From Pseudomonadota bacterium (GTDB taxonomy: Bacteria; Bdellovibrionota_B; Oligoflexia; Silvanigrellales; Silvanigrellaceae), in NCBI GenBank assembly GCA_039799905.1, contig JBDLRP010000039.1, positions 96,001 to 160,000 on the forward strand: a stretch of DNA of 64,000 bases, given 5' to 3'. Each line of letters starts with the position of its first letter. The stretch's first letter is position 1. Positions 42,471 to 51,188 of the stretch are shown here, piece after piece. The position numbers and the translations under genes were made by a program. The notes under the pieces were generated by a model. The model was not told the origin of the DNA and did no database searches. It saw only the letters and a program-made list of their open reading frames with translations.

Positions 42471-43892
42471 GTGCATAACAACAGAAAGACATCCAACGTG
42501 TTCCGTCTGCGGCAGCAAAGCATCATCGCAATTTCTCTGCTCGCCTGTGCGTGCCGCATCAGCGAGCGCAAGGATGAGCTTTTTTCGGATACTGACGCGG
42601 CTCTCACCGATTTGAACAGCGGTCAGCCCGTCAGCGGTATTTTGCTGTCGGTCGGCGCCGCATCGGCACCCTTCATTCCCGACAAACCAATCGCGCTGAG
42701 TGGATACGGCGGAATCGGTCGCAGACATCTACCGATGCTTTTTTTCCCAGGTGGTGAAACAGCCTTTTGCCGGACTCACGAAAAAATCGACAATCCGCCG
42801 CGCATCAAATCAGCCGTCTTTGATGTGCAGGAAAGCGGCGGCGGGAGAAAAAAACTTGCACTCATTTCTCTTGATCTTGTCGCCGTCACGGCCGACATCA
42901 CACAAAAAACGCATGAAGCCCTGGCATCAGTGATTGCCGGCTTCACTCCCTCACTTGCAAACACTCTGGTGCTCGCAAGCCACACTCATTCCGGTGTTGC
43001 CGGACTGACGCGCCACCCGCTCTGGAGTTCGTTTGCATGCGACACCTTTAATAAAGATCTCAGCGAACAATATTTCTCTCTGCTGCGCCGTGTTACCGCG
43101 GATGCCATCGGTAAAGCGAGACCACTGAAAAGCATTGGCCAAATCGAAAGCAATTTGCCAGCACTGCTAAAAAGCCGCTTCGCCGGAATGCCTGCAGCAG
43201 ATGCGGTGAGCCTCACTGCATTTGAAGATGCGGAAGGAAAGATTCCGTTCGCTGTCGCGCAGATGGCGGTCCACCCGACGTTCTATGGACCGCGTGATTT
43301 GGTTTTGTCGGCCGATTTGGTGGCTCCGTTGGAGGCATCCATCAGGACTAAATCCGGCGCGGAAGAAGTTTTTCTGCTGCAAACGGCGATCGGCAACATG
43401 GACGCCAACCTTGCAGGTGCAACTCCTGAAGCATGGGCCGGACAAATTGCCGAAGGGCTGAGCGCGGGAGCTCGAACACAAACCGACCAACTTTCAATTT
43501 CAACCTCGGCCGGATTTGTCGGCCTGCCCGCCCCCGAGGTCAACTGGCAGGCCTGCGGCGCTTCGTTCGCTCAGCCTTTTGTTTCCTTGCCAATTCTTAA
43601 AGATCTTCCCGCACGTCTGCCCTATACCCGCTGGAATCTGAATAACACTTCAAACATTTTTCTCGCCGGCGAATGGACCAGAAATGCCGCTGAAGAGATC
43701 CGAACTTCTATTTCCGCTGCGCAGACGACACCCGGTGCGGTAAAGATTTTTTCGCTCGCAAACGACTACACCACCTATCATTTGAGCAGCGCTGACTATC
43801 AAAAAAAATCACTTGAATCGTGCCAGTCGATTTATGGCAAAAATGCAGTCGAGAAGATCAGCGCTGCCTTGCGCGAGAACCTTCAGAATTAA
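42471..43892 (+). CDS. neutral/alkaline ceramidase-like lipoprotein
   Basis: Lipobox LACAC; ALSGYG, ISLDL, ASHTHSG, VHPT, SLANDY. Confidence 0.8.
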   Translation: MHNNRKTSNVFRLRQQSIIAISLLACACRISERKDELFSDTDAALTDLNSGQPVSGILLSVGAASAPFIPDKPIALSGYGGIGRRHLPMLFFPGGETAFCRTHEKIDNPPRIKSAVFDVQESGGGRKKLALISLDLVAVTADITQKTHEALASVIAGFTPSLANTLVLASHTHSGVAGLTRHPLWSSFACDTFNKDLSEQYFSLLRRVTADAIGKARPLKSIGQIESNLPALLKSRFAGMPAADAVSLTAFEDAEGKIPFAVAQMAVHPTFYGPRDLVLSADLVAPLEASIRTKSGAEEVFLLQTAIGNMDANLAGATPEAWAGQIAEGLSAGARTQTDQLSISTSAGFVGLPAPEVNWQACGASFAQPFVSLPILKDLPARLPYTRWNLNNTSNIFLAGEWTRNAAEEIRTSISAAQTTPGAVKIFSLANDYTTYHLSSADYQKKSLESCQSIYGKNAVEKISAALRENLQN

Positions 43893-44442
43893 CGATCTTT
43901 GCCTTCGCCGTCCAAGCAAACAAGAACGGAATCGCCACAGCCGAGAGTGTCCACCAAATCAACCAGCCAATGTCGCCATGAATCGCACGCATGCCGTGAT
44001 GCATGCCTTCGTGCTGCAAACTCTGCGGCAAAAAATACATCAACAGGCAGCTCACCAGCGTGGATAAAACGGGAAGCCACCAGTAGCGGACAATCAAGCG
44101 CCTGCGCTGAAAGCGATCCAGAAACGAAAATAAAAAAATCACCGGCACAATCGAAAAAACTACTCCACAGACAATCGGACACAGCGGATCCGGCAATCTG
44201 TGCAGAACAGCCGCAACGCTTTGTGAGAAGCCGGTCAGGCCAAATGAATATTGCGAGCATACCGAAAGAGAACTGAAATAACCCAACACCGACAGCAGCA
44301 CGAATGACAAGAAAAAACGTTTCCGAGAGCGATTCAGCTCCGCCGATATTCTGGATTCTGTCTTTTGCATCCGTTCGCCGACCACAGCAGGAATTTCGCC
44401 GGCAGCACCCTCAAATTCCTTCAATTCGTCACTGTGCTTCAT
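43858..44442 (-). CDS. membrane anti-sigma factor with Cys and His/Met motifs
   Basis: ATGA-coupled to the ECF sigma gene; ~4 TM helices; CSQYSFG, CPIVCG, HEGMHHGMRAIHG. Confidence 0.7.
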   Translation of the reverse strand: MKHSDELKEFEGAAGEIPAVVGERMQKTESRISAELNRSRKRFFLSFVLLSVLGYFSSLSVCSQYSFGLTGFSQSVAAVLHRLPDPLCPIVCGVVFSIVPVIFLFSFLDRFQRRRLIVRYWWLPVLSTLVSCLLMYFLPQSLQHEGMHHGMRAIHGDIGWLIWWTLSAVAIPFLFAWTAKAKIVNSEGSRARQR

Positions 44443-45014
44443 TTGCCGCCCTCCCCTTCGTCACGAGAGACGAACCAAAGCCTGAGTTTCTCGACAGCCC
44501 GGCTGTATATCTTGCGCAGGGTTGCCTCATTTTTTCCGGTTTCATCGGAGATCTGCCGAAAACTTTTTTCATCGATGATCCGCTTCTCCACCACGAGCCG
44601 TTGGACATCGCTGAGTTGCTCAAGACTCTCGCTCAGCTCGTCAGCCGAGTTATGCCAATCGGGCTGATTGGCCTGCAGCTGTGACTCCCTTCGCTGCGTG
44701 TCTTCTGCCCCCTGTAGGGATCTTTTCCGCACTGCAAATTTCCTGATCTCGTCCAAACACGCGTTGTGAACAATGGCGAAAAACCAACTGAGCGCACGCT
44801 CGCCTTTGCGATATTGATGTATCCGTGCGTGCAACTTGACGAAAACATCCTGAACTATGTCTGCGGCCGATTCCGGATGGTGAACTTTACGCAATGCATA
44901 GTGGTACACCCTGTTTTTGTGGCGCAGAAAAAAAAGCTCGAATGCCGCAGACTCGCCCTGAGCATAACGCTCAAGCAGCTCTTCGTCGGTTTCGCCGTTT
45001 TTATCCAAATCCAT
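44439..45014 (-). CDS. ECF sigma-70 factor
   Basis: TDEELL, DIVQDVFVK, WFFAIVHNACLD, region 4 SFRQISDETG..YSRAVEKLR. Confidence 0.93.
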   Translation of the reverse strand: MDLDKNGETDEELLERYAQGESAAFELFFLRHKNRVYHYALRKVHHPESAADIVQDVFVKLHARIHQYRKGERALSWFFAIVHNACLDEIRKFAVRKRSLQGAEDTQRRESQLQANQPDWHNSADELSESLEQLSDVQRLVVEKRIIDEKSFRQISDETGKNEATLRKIYSRAVEKLRLWFVSRDEGEGGK

Positions 45015-45110
45015 TTTCGTCCGTCCGCCGATGCCCAGAACTCACAATGTGCCGCGCGAGTGCTAAAAAATGTCGTCTTTTCAGATTATTACAAAAAACT
45101 TCAAAATCAC

Positions 45111-45137
45111 TGTCACGAACTGAAACCTGCGTACGTA
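45111..45137 (+). promoter_or_regulatory. ECF-type promoter for the metal operon
   Basis: TGTCACG-N16-CGTA, ~33 nt upstream of the ATG at 45171. Confidence 0.55.
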
Positions 45138-45143
45138 ATCATA

Positions 45144-45169
45144 TACGAAGCAAAACAGAGGATGTGACT
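45144..45169 (-). promoter_or_regulatory. ECF-type promoter pointing at the sigma gene (possible autoregulation)
   Basis: Minus strand AGTCACA-N15-CGTA. Confidence 0.4.
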
Positions 45170-45170
45170 T

Positions 45171-45887
45171 ATGAAGAATTATAACGTTAATTTAGACTGC
45201 TTTAAGAATAAAGCATGTCTGCTGACAGCAACAGCCTGTGCATGGCTCGCTTCAACCGAAGCTAATGCCCATCCCGTGGTCTTTTCTGGCGGGACTGCGC
45301 TGATGGGGCATCAAATGGAGGACATGTCGGAGTTTGAGGTGGTTCACTCACCCACCGCGCGGACAGGCCTTGGCTTAAGCGTAACCCGACACAAGCATGC
45401 CCATGAACTTATTTTCAAGGGTGCGGGTTTGCTCTGGCGCGGAAACTATCCCGACTTTCAAGCGAACGTTTACGCGGTCGCCGGTGCCGGCAGGCAGTTT
45501 GCGCGCAGCCACGCAGGCGACTCAACCTCGCCGCTGATGAAGCGGATTCATGCCAATCCAGCTCTGTATGAATGGGCTCTCTCTGCAGACGGTGAGGACA
45601 GACAAATCTACACCATGAGTGAGTACTCGGAAATTTATGATGGGAAAGGTTTATTGCGCCAGTCGGGCAAACTCCGCCTCGGCTTCGCTCCCTACAAGGC
45701 AGACAGCAACGAGATGTCTCTTTGGGGTATCGTTGAATGGCTGCCGGAGAAGCCGGCGGGCGATCGTAAATGGCTGCACGAAGTCACGCCGATGCTACGG
45801 ATGTTCTATAAAAATGCTTTAATTGAAGCGGGCAGCAGCCTCAACGGCAAATTCACTTTCAATTACATGTTTCACTTTTTCAATTGA
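45171..45887 (+). CDS. exported, probable outer-membrane beta-barrel protein
   Basis: Signal peptide ending ANA-HPV; amphipathic strands; aromatic C-terminus FTFNYMFHFFN. Confidence 0.7.
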   Translation: MKNYNVNLDCFKNKACLLTATACAWLASTEANAHPVVFSGGTALMGHQMEDMSEFEVVHSPTARTGLGLSVTRHKHAHELIFKGAGLLWRGNYPDFQANVYAVAGAGRQFARSHAGDSTSPLMKRIHANPALYEWALSADGEDRQIYTMSEYSEIYDGKGLLRQSGKLRLGFAPYKADSNEMSLWGIVEWLPEKPAGDRKWLHEVTPMLRMFYKNALIEAGSSLNGKFTFNYMFHFFN

Positions 45888-45911
45888 GTCCAAACGAGGA
45901 GGTTCGAAGTT

Positions 45912-46217
45912 ATGAACAAGGTTATTCGTCATATTACGGTAGTGTCTTCACTGGCCTTAGGAGTGCTGATGAGCGGAATTGCCTTTGCAGATGACGTCAA
46001 GGTGAGTGTTAATGGGATGGTCTGCGGCTTTTGCGCTCAGGGAATCACCAAGAAGCTGAACAAAACCGAAGCTGTCGAGAAAGTGAACGTCGACCTAGAG
46101 AAAAAGGTTGTTTCCTTCAGCACACTCGCGGGCAAGCAATTCGACGATGCGGCCATCACAAAACTCATCACAGATGCAGGATATTCGGTCGTGAAGATTG
46201 AGAGGAGCAAGCCGTGA
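45912..46217 (+). CDS. periplasmic heavy-metal-associated (HMA) domain protein, MerP/CopZ-like
   Basis: Signal peptide ending AFA; GMVCGFC metal-binding motif; DAGY. Confidence 0.9.
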   Translation: MNKVIRHITVVSSLALGVLMSGIAFADDVKVSVNGMVCGFCAQGITKKLNKTEAVEKVNVDLEKKVVSFSTLAGKQFDDAAITKLITDAGYSVVKIERSKP

Positions 46218-46579
46218 GCAGAGTCTGGGGCAGCCTTGCACTTTTGAGCAGTTCTGCGACGCTCGTCTGCTGCGTGATTCCTGCGCTGCTCGTGGCTCTT
46301 GGATTCGGAGCCACGCTGGCCGGACTCTTTTCGGCTGTCCCGCAGCTCACGCTTCTCAGCGAACACAAGGAAGTCGTTTTCGCTTTTGGCGGTATCATAC
46401 TCGGGGCGGCCGCATATGCGCGCAGCCGTCCTGAAGCACAAACCTGTCCAGCCGACCCAATACTCGCGGCTGCCTGCCGTCGTTCAAAAAAATGGGGCTC
46501 AGTTTTGTTTATGACGGCCCTCGCGCTATACTTTGGCTCGTTATTTTTCGTTTTTATTTTGCCGAAGTTGATAGCCTGA
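46214..46579 (+). CDS. MerT/MerC-like 3-TM metal transport protein
   Basis: TM1 carries a CC pair (LVCCVIP); loop CPADP..AAC; GTGA overlap with the HMA gene. Confidence 0.75.
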   Translation: MSRVWGSLALLSSSATLVCCVIPALLVALGFGATLAGLFSAVPQLTLLSEHKEVVFAFGGIILGAAAYARSRPEAQTCPADPILAAACRRSKKWGSVLFMTALALYFGSLFFVFILPKLIA

Positions 46580-46599
46580 TTCCCAATGGAGAACGAGAC

Positions 46600-47148
46600 A
46601 TGGACGCCCCACTCTATGCAATTCCGCTCAGCGACATTAAGGGAAGACCAATGAACCTTGAAGTTTTTCAAGGCAAAGTCCTCCTGATAGTGAATGTGGC
46701 CTCAAAGTGCGGCCTGACACCACAATACGAGACGCTCGAAAAAATCTACGAGAACTACAAAGCCAAAGGCTTTGAAGTTCTTGGTTTTCCCGCCAATGAA
46801 TTTCTTGCTCAGGAACCCGGAACAAACTCCGAGATTCTCGAATTCTGCGAAATGAAGTTCGGAATTAAATTCCCGATGTTCTCGAAAATTGTCGTCAAGG
46901 GCGATGGAATTCACCCATTGTACGAACACCTGACAACCACTCTTCCGACTGCGACAAAGAATGCGGCGAGCGACTTTGAGCAACGCCTTGAAGGCTTCGG
47001 ACAAAAGCGCAACAAACCGGAAGACATTCTCTGGAATTTTGAAAAATTCCTTGTGTCACGGACCGGCCAAGTCATCGCCCGATTTGCTCCGGACGTAAAA
47101 CCGGACGACCCTCTTCTCATCAGCGCCATTGAAAAAGCACTCGTCTGA
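46600..47148 (+). CDS. glutathione peroxidase family protein (Cys type)
   Basis: VNVASKCGLTPQY, GFPANEF..QEPG, WNFEKFLV. Confidence 0.95.
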   Translation: MDAPLYAIPLSDIKGRPMNLEVFQGKVLLIVNVASKCGLTPQYETLEKIYENYKAKGFEVLGFPANEFLAQEPGTNSEILEFCEMKFGIKFPMFSKIVVKGDGIHPLYEHLTTTLPTATKNAASDFEQRLEGFGQKRNKPEDILWNFEKFLVSRTGQVIARFAPDVKPDDPLLISAIEKALV

Positions 47149-47166
47149 ACGAGTGCTTTTTTTTTT
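47132..47166. terminator. bidirectional intrinsic terminator between gpx and nuoI
   Basis: aaaaagcactcgt-ctga-acgagtgcttttttttt. Confidence 0.85.
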
Positions 47167-47211
47167 GCTTTCACAGATAAACCGACAGAGCGATTCCTTG
47201 AACAGAAATCG

Positions 47212-47802
47212 TCAGTGACCGTCAGAACCACTGAGATGAATGTTGGGCAACAAACTGTCGACGCTGTCGTGTTTGACGTTTTCGTCTTTCTTTGATGTCT
47301 GCTTTTCGCCCACTTTGCGTTTCACGGCATCGCGCTCTAGCAGATAATCCTTCGTGTAAACCCATTTGCGTTCAGCCAGTCCGGCCATTGAATACTCAGG
47401 CCCGAGGCGGATTGCATCCACAGGACATGCCTCTTCGCAATAACCGCAAAACACGCAACGCAAAATGTCGATTTCGAATCGCACGGGATACTTCTCGACA
47501 CCCTTGTCTGGACTCTCGCCCGCGACAATCGTGATGCACTGTGCAGGGCAGTTCGTCGCACACAGGAAACACGCCGTACAACGCACGCGTCCGTCGGGAC
47601 GCTTGGTTAGAAAATGCGCTCCCTTGAATCGATCCGAATATTGATATTCGACTTCCGGCCACTGGACCGTGTTGGACTCCTCAAGACCAAAAACTTGCTT
47701 GGTAAAGGTCACCAACGTGGTCCCCAGCCCAAGCAGCGAGGTCGCAAGATAGCCATTCTTGAAATTGCGCTCGGGATCCCGAGAGACATTCACATATGCC
47801 AT
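47212..47802 (-). CDS. nuoI: NADH-quinone oxidoreductase subunit I
   Basis: CTACFLCATNCP and CVFCGYCEEACP 2x[4Fe-4S] motifs. Confidence 0.95.
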   Translation of the reverse strand: MAYVNVSRDPERNFKNGYLATSLLGLGTTLVTFTKQVFGLEESNTVQWPEVEYQYSDRFKGAHFLTKRPDGRVRCTACFLCATNCPAQCITIVAGESPDKGVEKYPVRFEIDILRCVFCGYCEEACPVDAIRLGPEYSMAGLAERKWVYTKDYLLERDAVKRKVGEKQTSKKDENVKHDSVDSLLPNIHLSGSDGH

Positions 47803-47819
47803 GCGTCATTCTCCTCGCA

Positions 47820-49301
47820 TTAACCAGCAGTGTGAGCGAGCTTGCCCACTTCCGCAAAATACTCATCCACAGCTTTGACGTTTGTGAAGACTGGAGGATT
47901 GGCCTTGAGCTTCTGTGCCACTCCGTTGAAATTGACAAACGTCCCGCTCTTTTCTGCAAAGGTCTTCACCGGAACCCGCAACCAGAATTTCTTGACCGCA
48001 TCCGTGAGCGAATTGCCGAAGTACACAGCCTTCTTCATTTCCGAAAAACGGCTCAGAGCCTTCTGCAGATTCGGATATCCAGACTCAATTTCAGGTCCCA
48101 TGACGATTGTCGCTTCGGGCGAAATTCCAGCCAAAGCTGAAAAGTCGCCCTTGAGCATCGTAGGCTGAACACCTTGCTCCTTGAGAACGTCCATCATGCC
48201 GCGCGTGTTGGGGTTGCGATCACCGCGGAAAAGAATTCCGTCAAAGTCGTCGATCTTTTCTGACTCATCGCGCCAGACGAAAACCTTCGGCATGCCTTTG
48301 AGCACGGTTTTAAGCGACGCCAAAACGCCCGCATACTCTTCATTTGTGTATTGAGCCGTCAAGACTAGAGCAACCTTGTCGGCAGAGAGTCCCTTCACTG
48401 TATCTACGACTGCCTGCAGGGCTGCCGCAGACGAAATGGATTGCCCGTTCAGCAGCGGAGACGCCAGTCGCGCAGATGCGTTGAGGTGCTCGTACATCGT
48501 ACGGCCCGTATCACACATCCAGTGCCCGTTCACATCTGCGTTGTGACGTGGTTTGAGACGATAATATTCACGCTGATTGCTATTTTGGAACAAGTTGACG
48601 TTGCAGCCCGTTGAGCATCCCGGACACACCGTCTTGGTTTCCTTGAGGAACCACACGCGGCATTTGAAGCGGAAATCCTTAGCCGTAAATGCGCCGACGG
48701 GACAAATATCCGCAAGGTTGTAGCTGTAGTTGTGCTTGATTTTGCGATCTGGATAGGTGCCGATGGTGGCCTGATCGCCGCGGTTGAAGATTCCAAGTGT
48801 GTTGGTTTTGGTCACCTCGTCCTCGAACCGCACACAGCGCGAGCACAGAATGCAGCGCTCGGTGTCCAGCACCAGAGTCTCGCCAACATCAAGTGCCTTG
48901 GGCTTGAGAACCTTTTGGTCTTCCATCTGCGACTGATATTTGCCTACCTTCATGTAGTAATTCTGCAGTTCGCATTCGCCTGCCTGATCGCAGATTGGAC
49001 AATCCAGAGGATGGTTGATGAGGTGGAACTCCAACGCCCATTTGTGCGTTTCTTTCACTTCATCTGAAACGGTATCAACCTTCATGCCTTCGCTTGCCGG
49101 CGTGTTGCAGGCAATCTGAAGCTTCGGCATGCCTTCCACCTTCACCATGCAAAAGCGGCAAACTCCCGCAATCGACAGGCCGGGGTGCCAGCAAAAATGC
49201 GGCACAGATACGCCAGCCTTCTGCGCTGCGTCCATGATTGTACTGCCCGCAGGAACAGTGACCGACTGATTATTAATGCTCAAGGTGACCTGATTTGACA
49301 T
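47820..49301 (-). CDS. nuoG: NADH-quinone oxidoreductase subunit G (short form)
   Basis: CWHPGL..AGVCRFC, HPLDCPICDQAGECELQ, CILCSRC, CPVGA, CPGCSTGC. Confidence 0.93.
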   Translation of the reverse strand: MSNQVTLSINNQSVTVPAGSTIMDAAQKAGVSVPHFCWHPGLSIAGVCRFCMVKVEGMPKLQIACNTPASEGMKVDTVSDEVKETHKWALEFHLINHPLDCPICDQAGECELQNYYMKVGKYQSQMEDQKVLKPKALDVGETLVLDTERCILCSRCVRFEDEVTKTNTLGIFNRGDQATIGTYPDRKIKHNYSYNLADICPVGAFTAKDFRFKCRVWFLKETKTVCPGCSTGCNVNLFQNSNQREYYRLKPRHNADVNGHWMCDTGRTMYEHLNASARLASPLLNGQSISSAAALQAVVDTVKGLSADKVALVLTAQYTNEEYAGVLASLKTVLKGMPKVFVWRDESEKIDDFDGILFRGDRNPNTRGMMDVLKEQGVQPTMLKGDFSALAGISPEATIVMGPEIESGYPNLQKALSRFSEMKKAVYFGNSLTDAVKKFWLRVPVKTFAEKSGTFVNFNGVAQKLKANPPVFTNVKAVDEYFAEVGKLAHTAG

Positions 49302-49306
49302 CGTGC

Positions 49307-50620
49307 TTACCCTTGTCCGTGAGCAGAGCTCTTGTTCTTGTAATATTCCAAAAACTCATGCGCGAATTTTTGCGGGATGCTGCGCGCGGGTCCTGCAGCG
49401 GCTTCCGAAAACGTACAAATAGTACGTCCCATCATCTTGCCGGCGACCTCAGCGATCTTCTTTTCATCTCCGACTTGTCCTTCGCCCTGAAGAATTCCGC
49501 GCGACATTTTCAGCAACCAGCCGGTGCCTTCGCGACAGGGCGTGCATTGTCCGCAGGATTCGTCTTTGAAAAAGTGCATCAAATTCTCGAGAACCCCAAC
49601 CATGCTGACGTCTTCAGGAATGACAATCACTGCACCTGAGCCAAGCATCGACCCTGCGGCTGCAAACGCTTCGTAGTCCATGGTCATTGTTTCGACTTCG
49701 GCGGCAGTCAAAACGGGAGCGGATGCTCCACCCGGAATCACTGCCTTGAGCTTTTTGCCGCCGATGAGTCCACCGCAGTCTTCATAGATGAAGCGCTTGA
49801 GCGGATATCCAAGTGGAAGCTCATAGCAACCCGGGCGCACGACGGGCCCGCTGATGTTGAATAGCTTTGTACCCGCTGATTTCTCCGTACCGAATTTCTT
49901 GTACGCCTCTGCGCCGTTGCGGATGATCCACGGCACGACTGCGAGCGTCTCCACGTTGTTTACAATGGTCGGTTTGCCGAGATAACCCTTCACCGCAGGA
50001 AACGGCGGCTTCAGTTTGGGCTGCCCCTTCTTTCCTTCCAGCGAGCTGATCAGTCCTGTTTCTTCTCCGCAAATGTATGCACCGGCGCCGATGTAGACAT
50101 CCATGTGGTGCTTGAAACCCGTACCCATGACGTTGTCGCCGAGGTATCCGGCAGCATAGGCTTCTTTGATGGCCTGCTCGCACCAAGCAATTTCTTCGTA
50201 GAACTCGCCACGGAGATAAATGTAGCTCTTGGAGGCGCCAATGGCATAAGCCGCAATCAGCTTGCCTTCGATCAGCATGTGAGCGTTGAGTTCGGCAATG
50301 TAACGGTCTTTGTAGGTACCAGGCTCACCTTCGTCGAAGTTGGTGATGAGATATTTTTCGCCTTCGCCCTTGGGAACAAAGCCCCATTTCATCCCGGTCG
50401 GAAAGCCGGCGCCGCCGCGCCCGCGAAGTCCAGATGCCTTGACGATATTGATAACTTCTTCCTGCGACATTTTGCCCTTGAGAATCTTCTCAAGAGCAGC
50501 ATAGCCACCGTGCTTTTTATAAACTTCGAGCGACCTGCTGTTGGGAATTCCTTCAAGTTCTGTGAGAATCTTGAATTCGTTCGGCTGACGGCCGTTGTAT
50601 GCACTGTTCATTACCGGCAT
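49307..50620 (-). CDS. nuoF: NADH-quinone oxidoreductase subunit F
   Basis: LRGRGGAGFPTG, DEGEPGT, GAYICGEET, ESCGQCTPCREG. Confidence 0.97.
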   Translation of the reverse strand: MPVMNSAYNGRQPNEFKILTELEGIPNSRSLEVYKKHGGYAALEKILKGKMSQEEVINIVKASGLRGRGGAGFPTGMKWGFVPKGEGEKYLITNFDEGEPGTYKDRYIAELNAHMLIEGKLIAAYAIGASKSYIYLRGEFYEEIAWCEQAIKEAYAAGYLGDNVMGTGFKHHMDVYIGAGAYICGEETGLISSLEGKKGQPKLKPPFPAVKGYLGKPTIVNNVETLAVVPWIIRNGAEAYKKFGTEKSAGTKLFNISGPVVRPGCYELPLGYPLKRFIYEDCGGLIGGKKLKAVIPGGASAPVLTAAEVETMTMDYEAFAAAGSMLGSGAVIVIPEDVSMVGVLENLMHFFKDESCGQCTPCREGTGWLLKMSRGILQGEGQVGDEKKIAEVAGKMMGRTICTFSEAAAGPARSIPQKFAHEFLEYYKNKSSAHGQG

Positions 50621-50630
50621 GCTTCACCCC

Positions 50631-51167
50631 TCACTTTTGCGCCGCACGGGCAGCCAAATCGGCTGCACATTTTTTTGCCGCGGCAGGAAGCTCTTTTTTG
50701 CTGTAATCGTCCATCAATTTGCGCGCGAGTTCGGGCGTCACGTTCAAGTGACGGTCCTTGTTCACCAGCGCCACCGGCGCGTATCCGCAAACACCAAGAC
50801 ATTCGACTTTGTGGCACTCGAACGGAATCGGCTTGCCACTCTTTTCGGCTTGCGCGATGTATTGCTTCGCTTCCGAAATCGTATTGTCAGCACCATTGAG
50901 CCAACACGAAATACTGCCGCACACTTCCAAACGGTAAGGTTTCGGCGGAGCCTTGCGGTACATCGTATAGAAGCTCAGCACCTCATTGACGTCGACGACG
51001 CTCAGACCGTGTTCAGCCTCGAGAGCCTGAACGGCTTCGGGCGAAATCCAGTCGTTTTCATCCTGAATAGCATGAAGAATTGGCAAAATACTGGAGCGCT
51101 TGGTTTCGTAGCGGCCCAAAAATCCTTTGATTTGTTCATTCAGCTGTGTGGAAAAAAATGATGCCAT
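50631..51167 (-). CDS. nuoE: NADH-quinone oxidoreductase subunit E
   Basis: SFYTMY, CGSISC, ECLGVC..AP. Confidence 0.95.
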   Translation of the reverse strand: MASFFSTQLNEQIKGFLGRYETKRSSILPILHAIQDENDWISPEAVQALEAEHGLSVVDVNEVLSFYTMYRKAPPKPYRLEVCGSISCWLNGADNTISEAKQYIAQAEKSGKPIPFECHKVECLGVCGYAPVALVNKDRHLNVTPELARKLMDDYSKKELPAAAKKCAADLAARAAQK

Positions 51168-51188
51168 TGCAAAACTCCATTCCCGACC

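Noticed and set aside
45912..46579. Canonical mercury-resistance (mer) operon
   Set aside because: No merR, merA or merB, and no transposon features; only MerP/MerT-like architecture
46600..47148. Selenocysteine-containing Gpx
   Set aside because: The catalytic position is TGC (Cys) and there is no in-frame TGA
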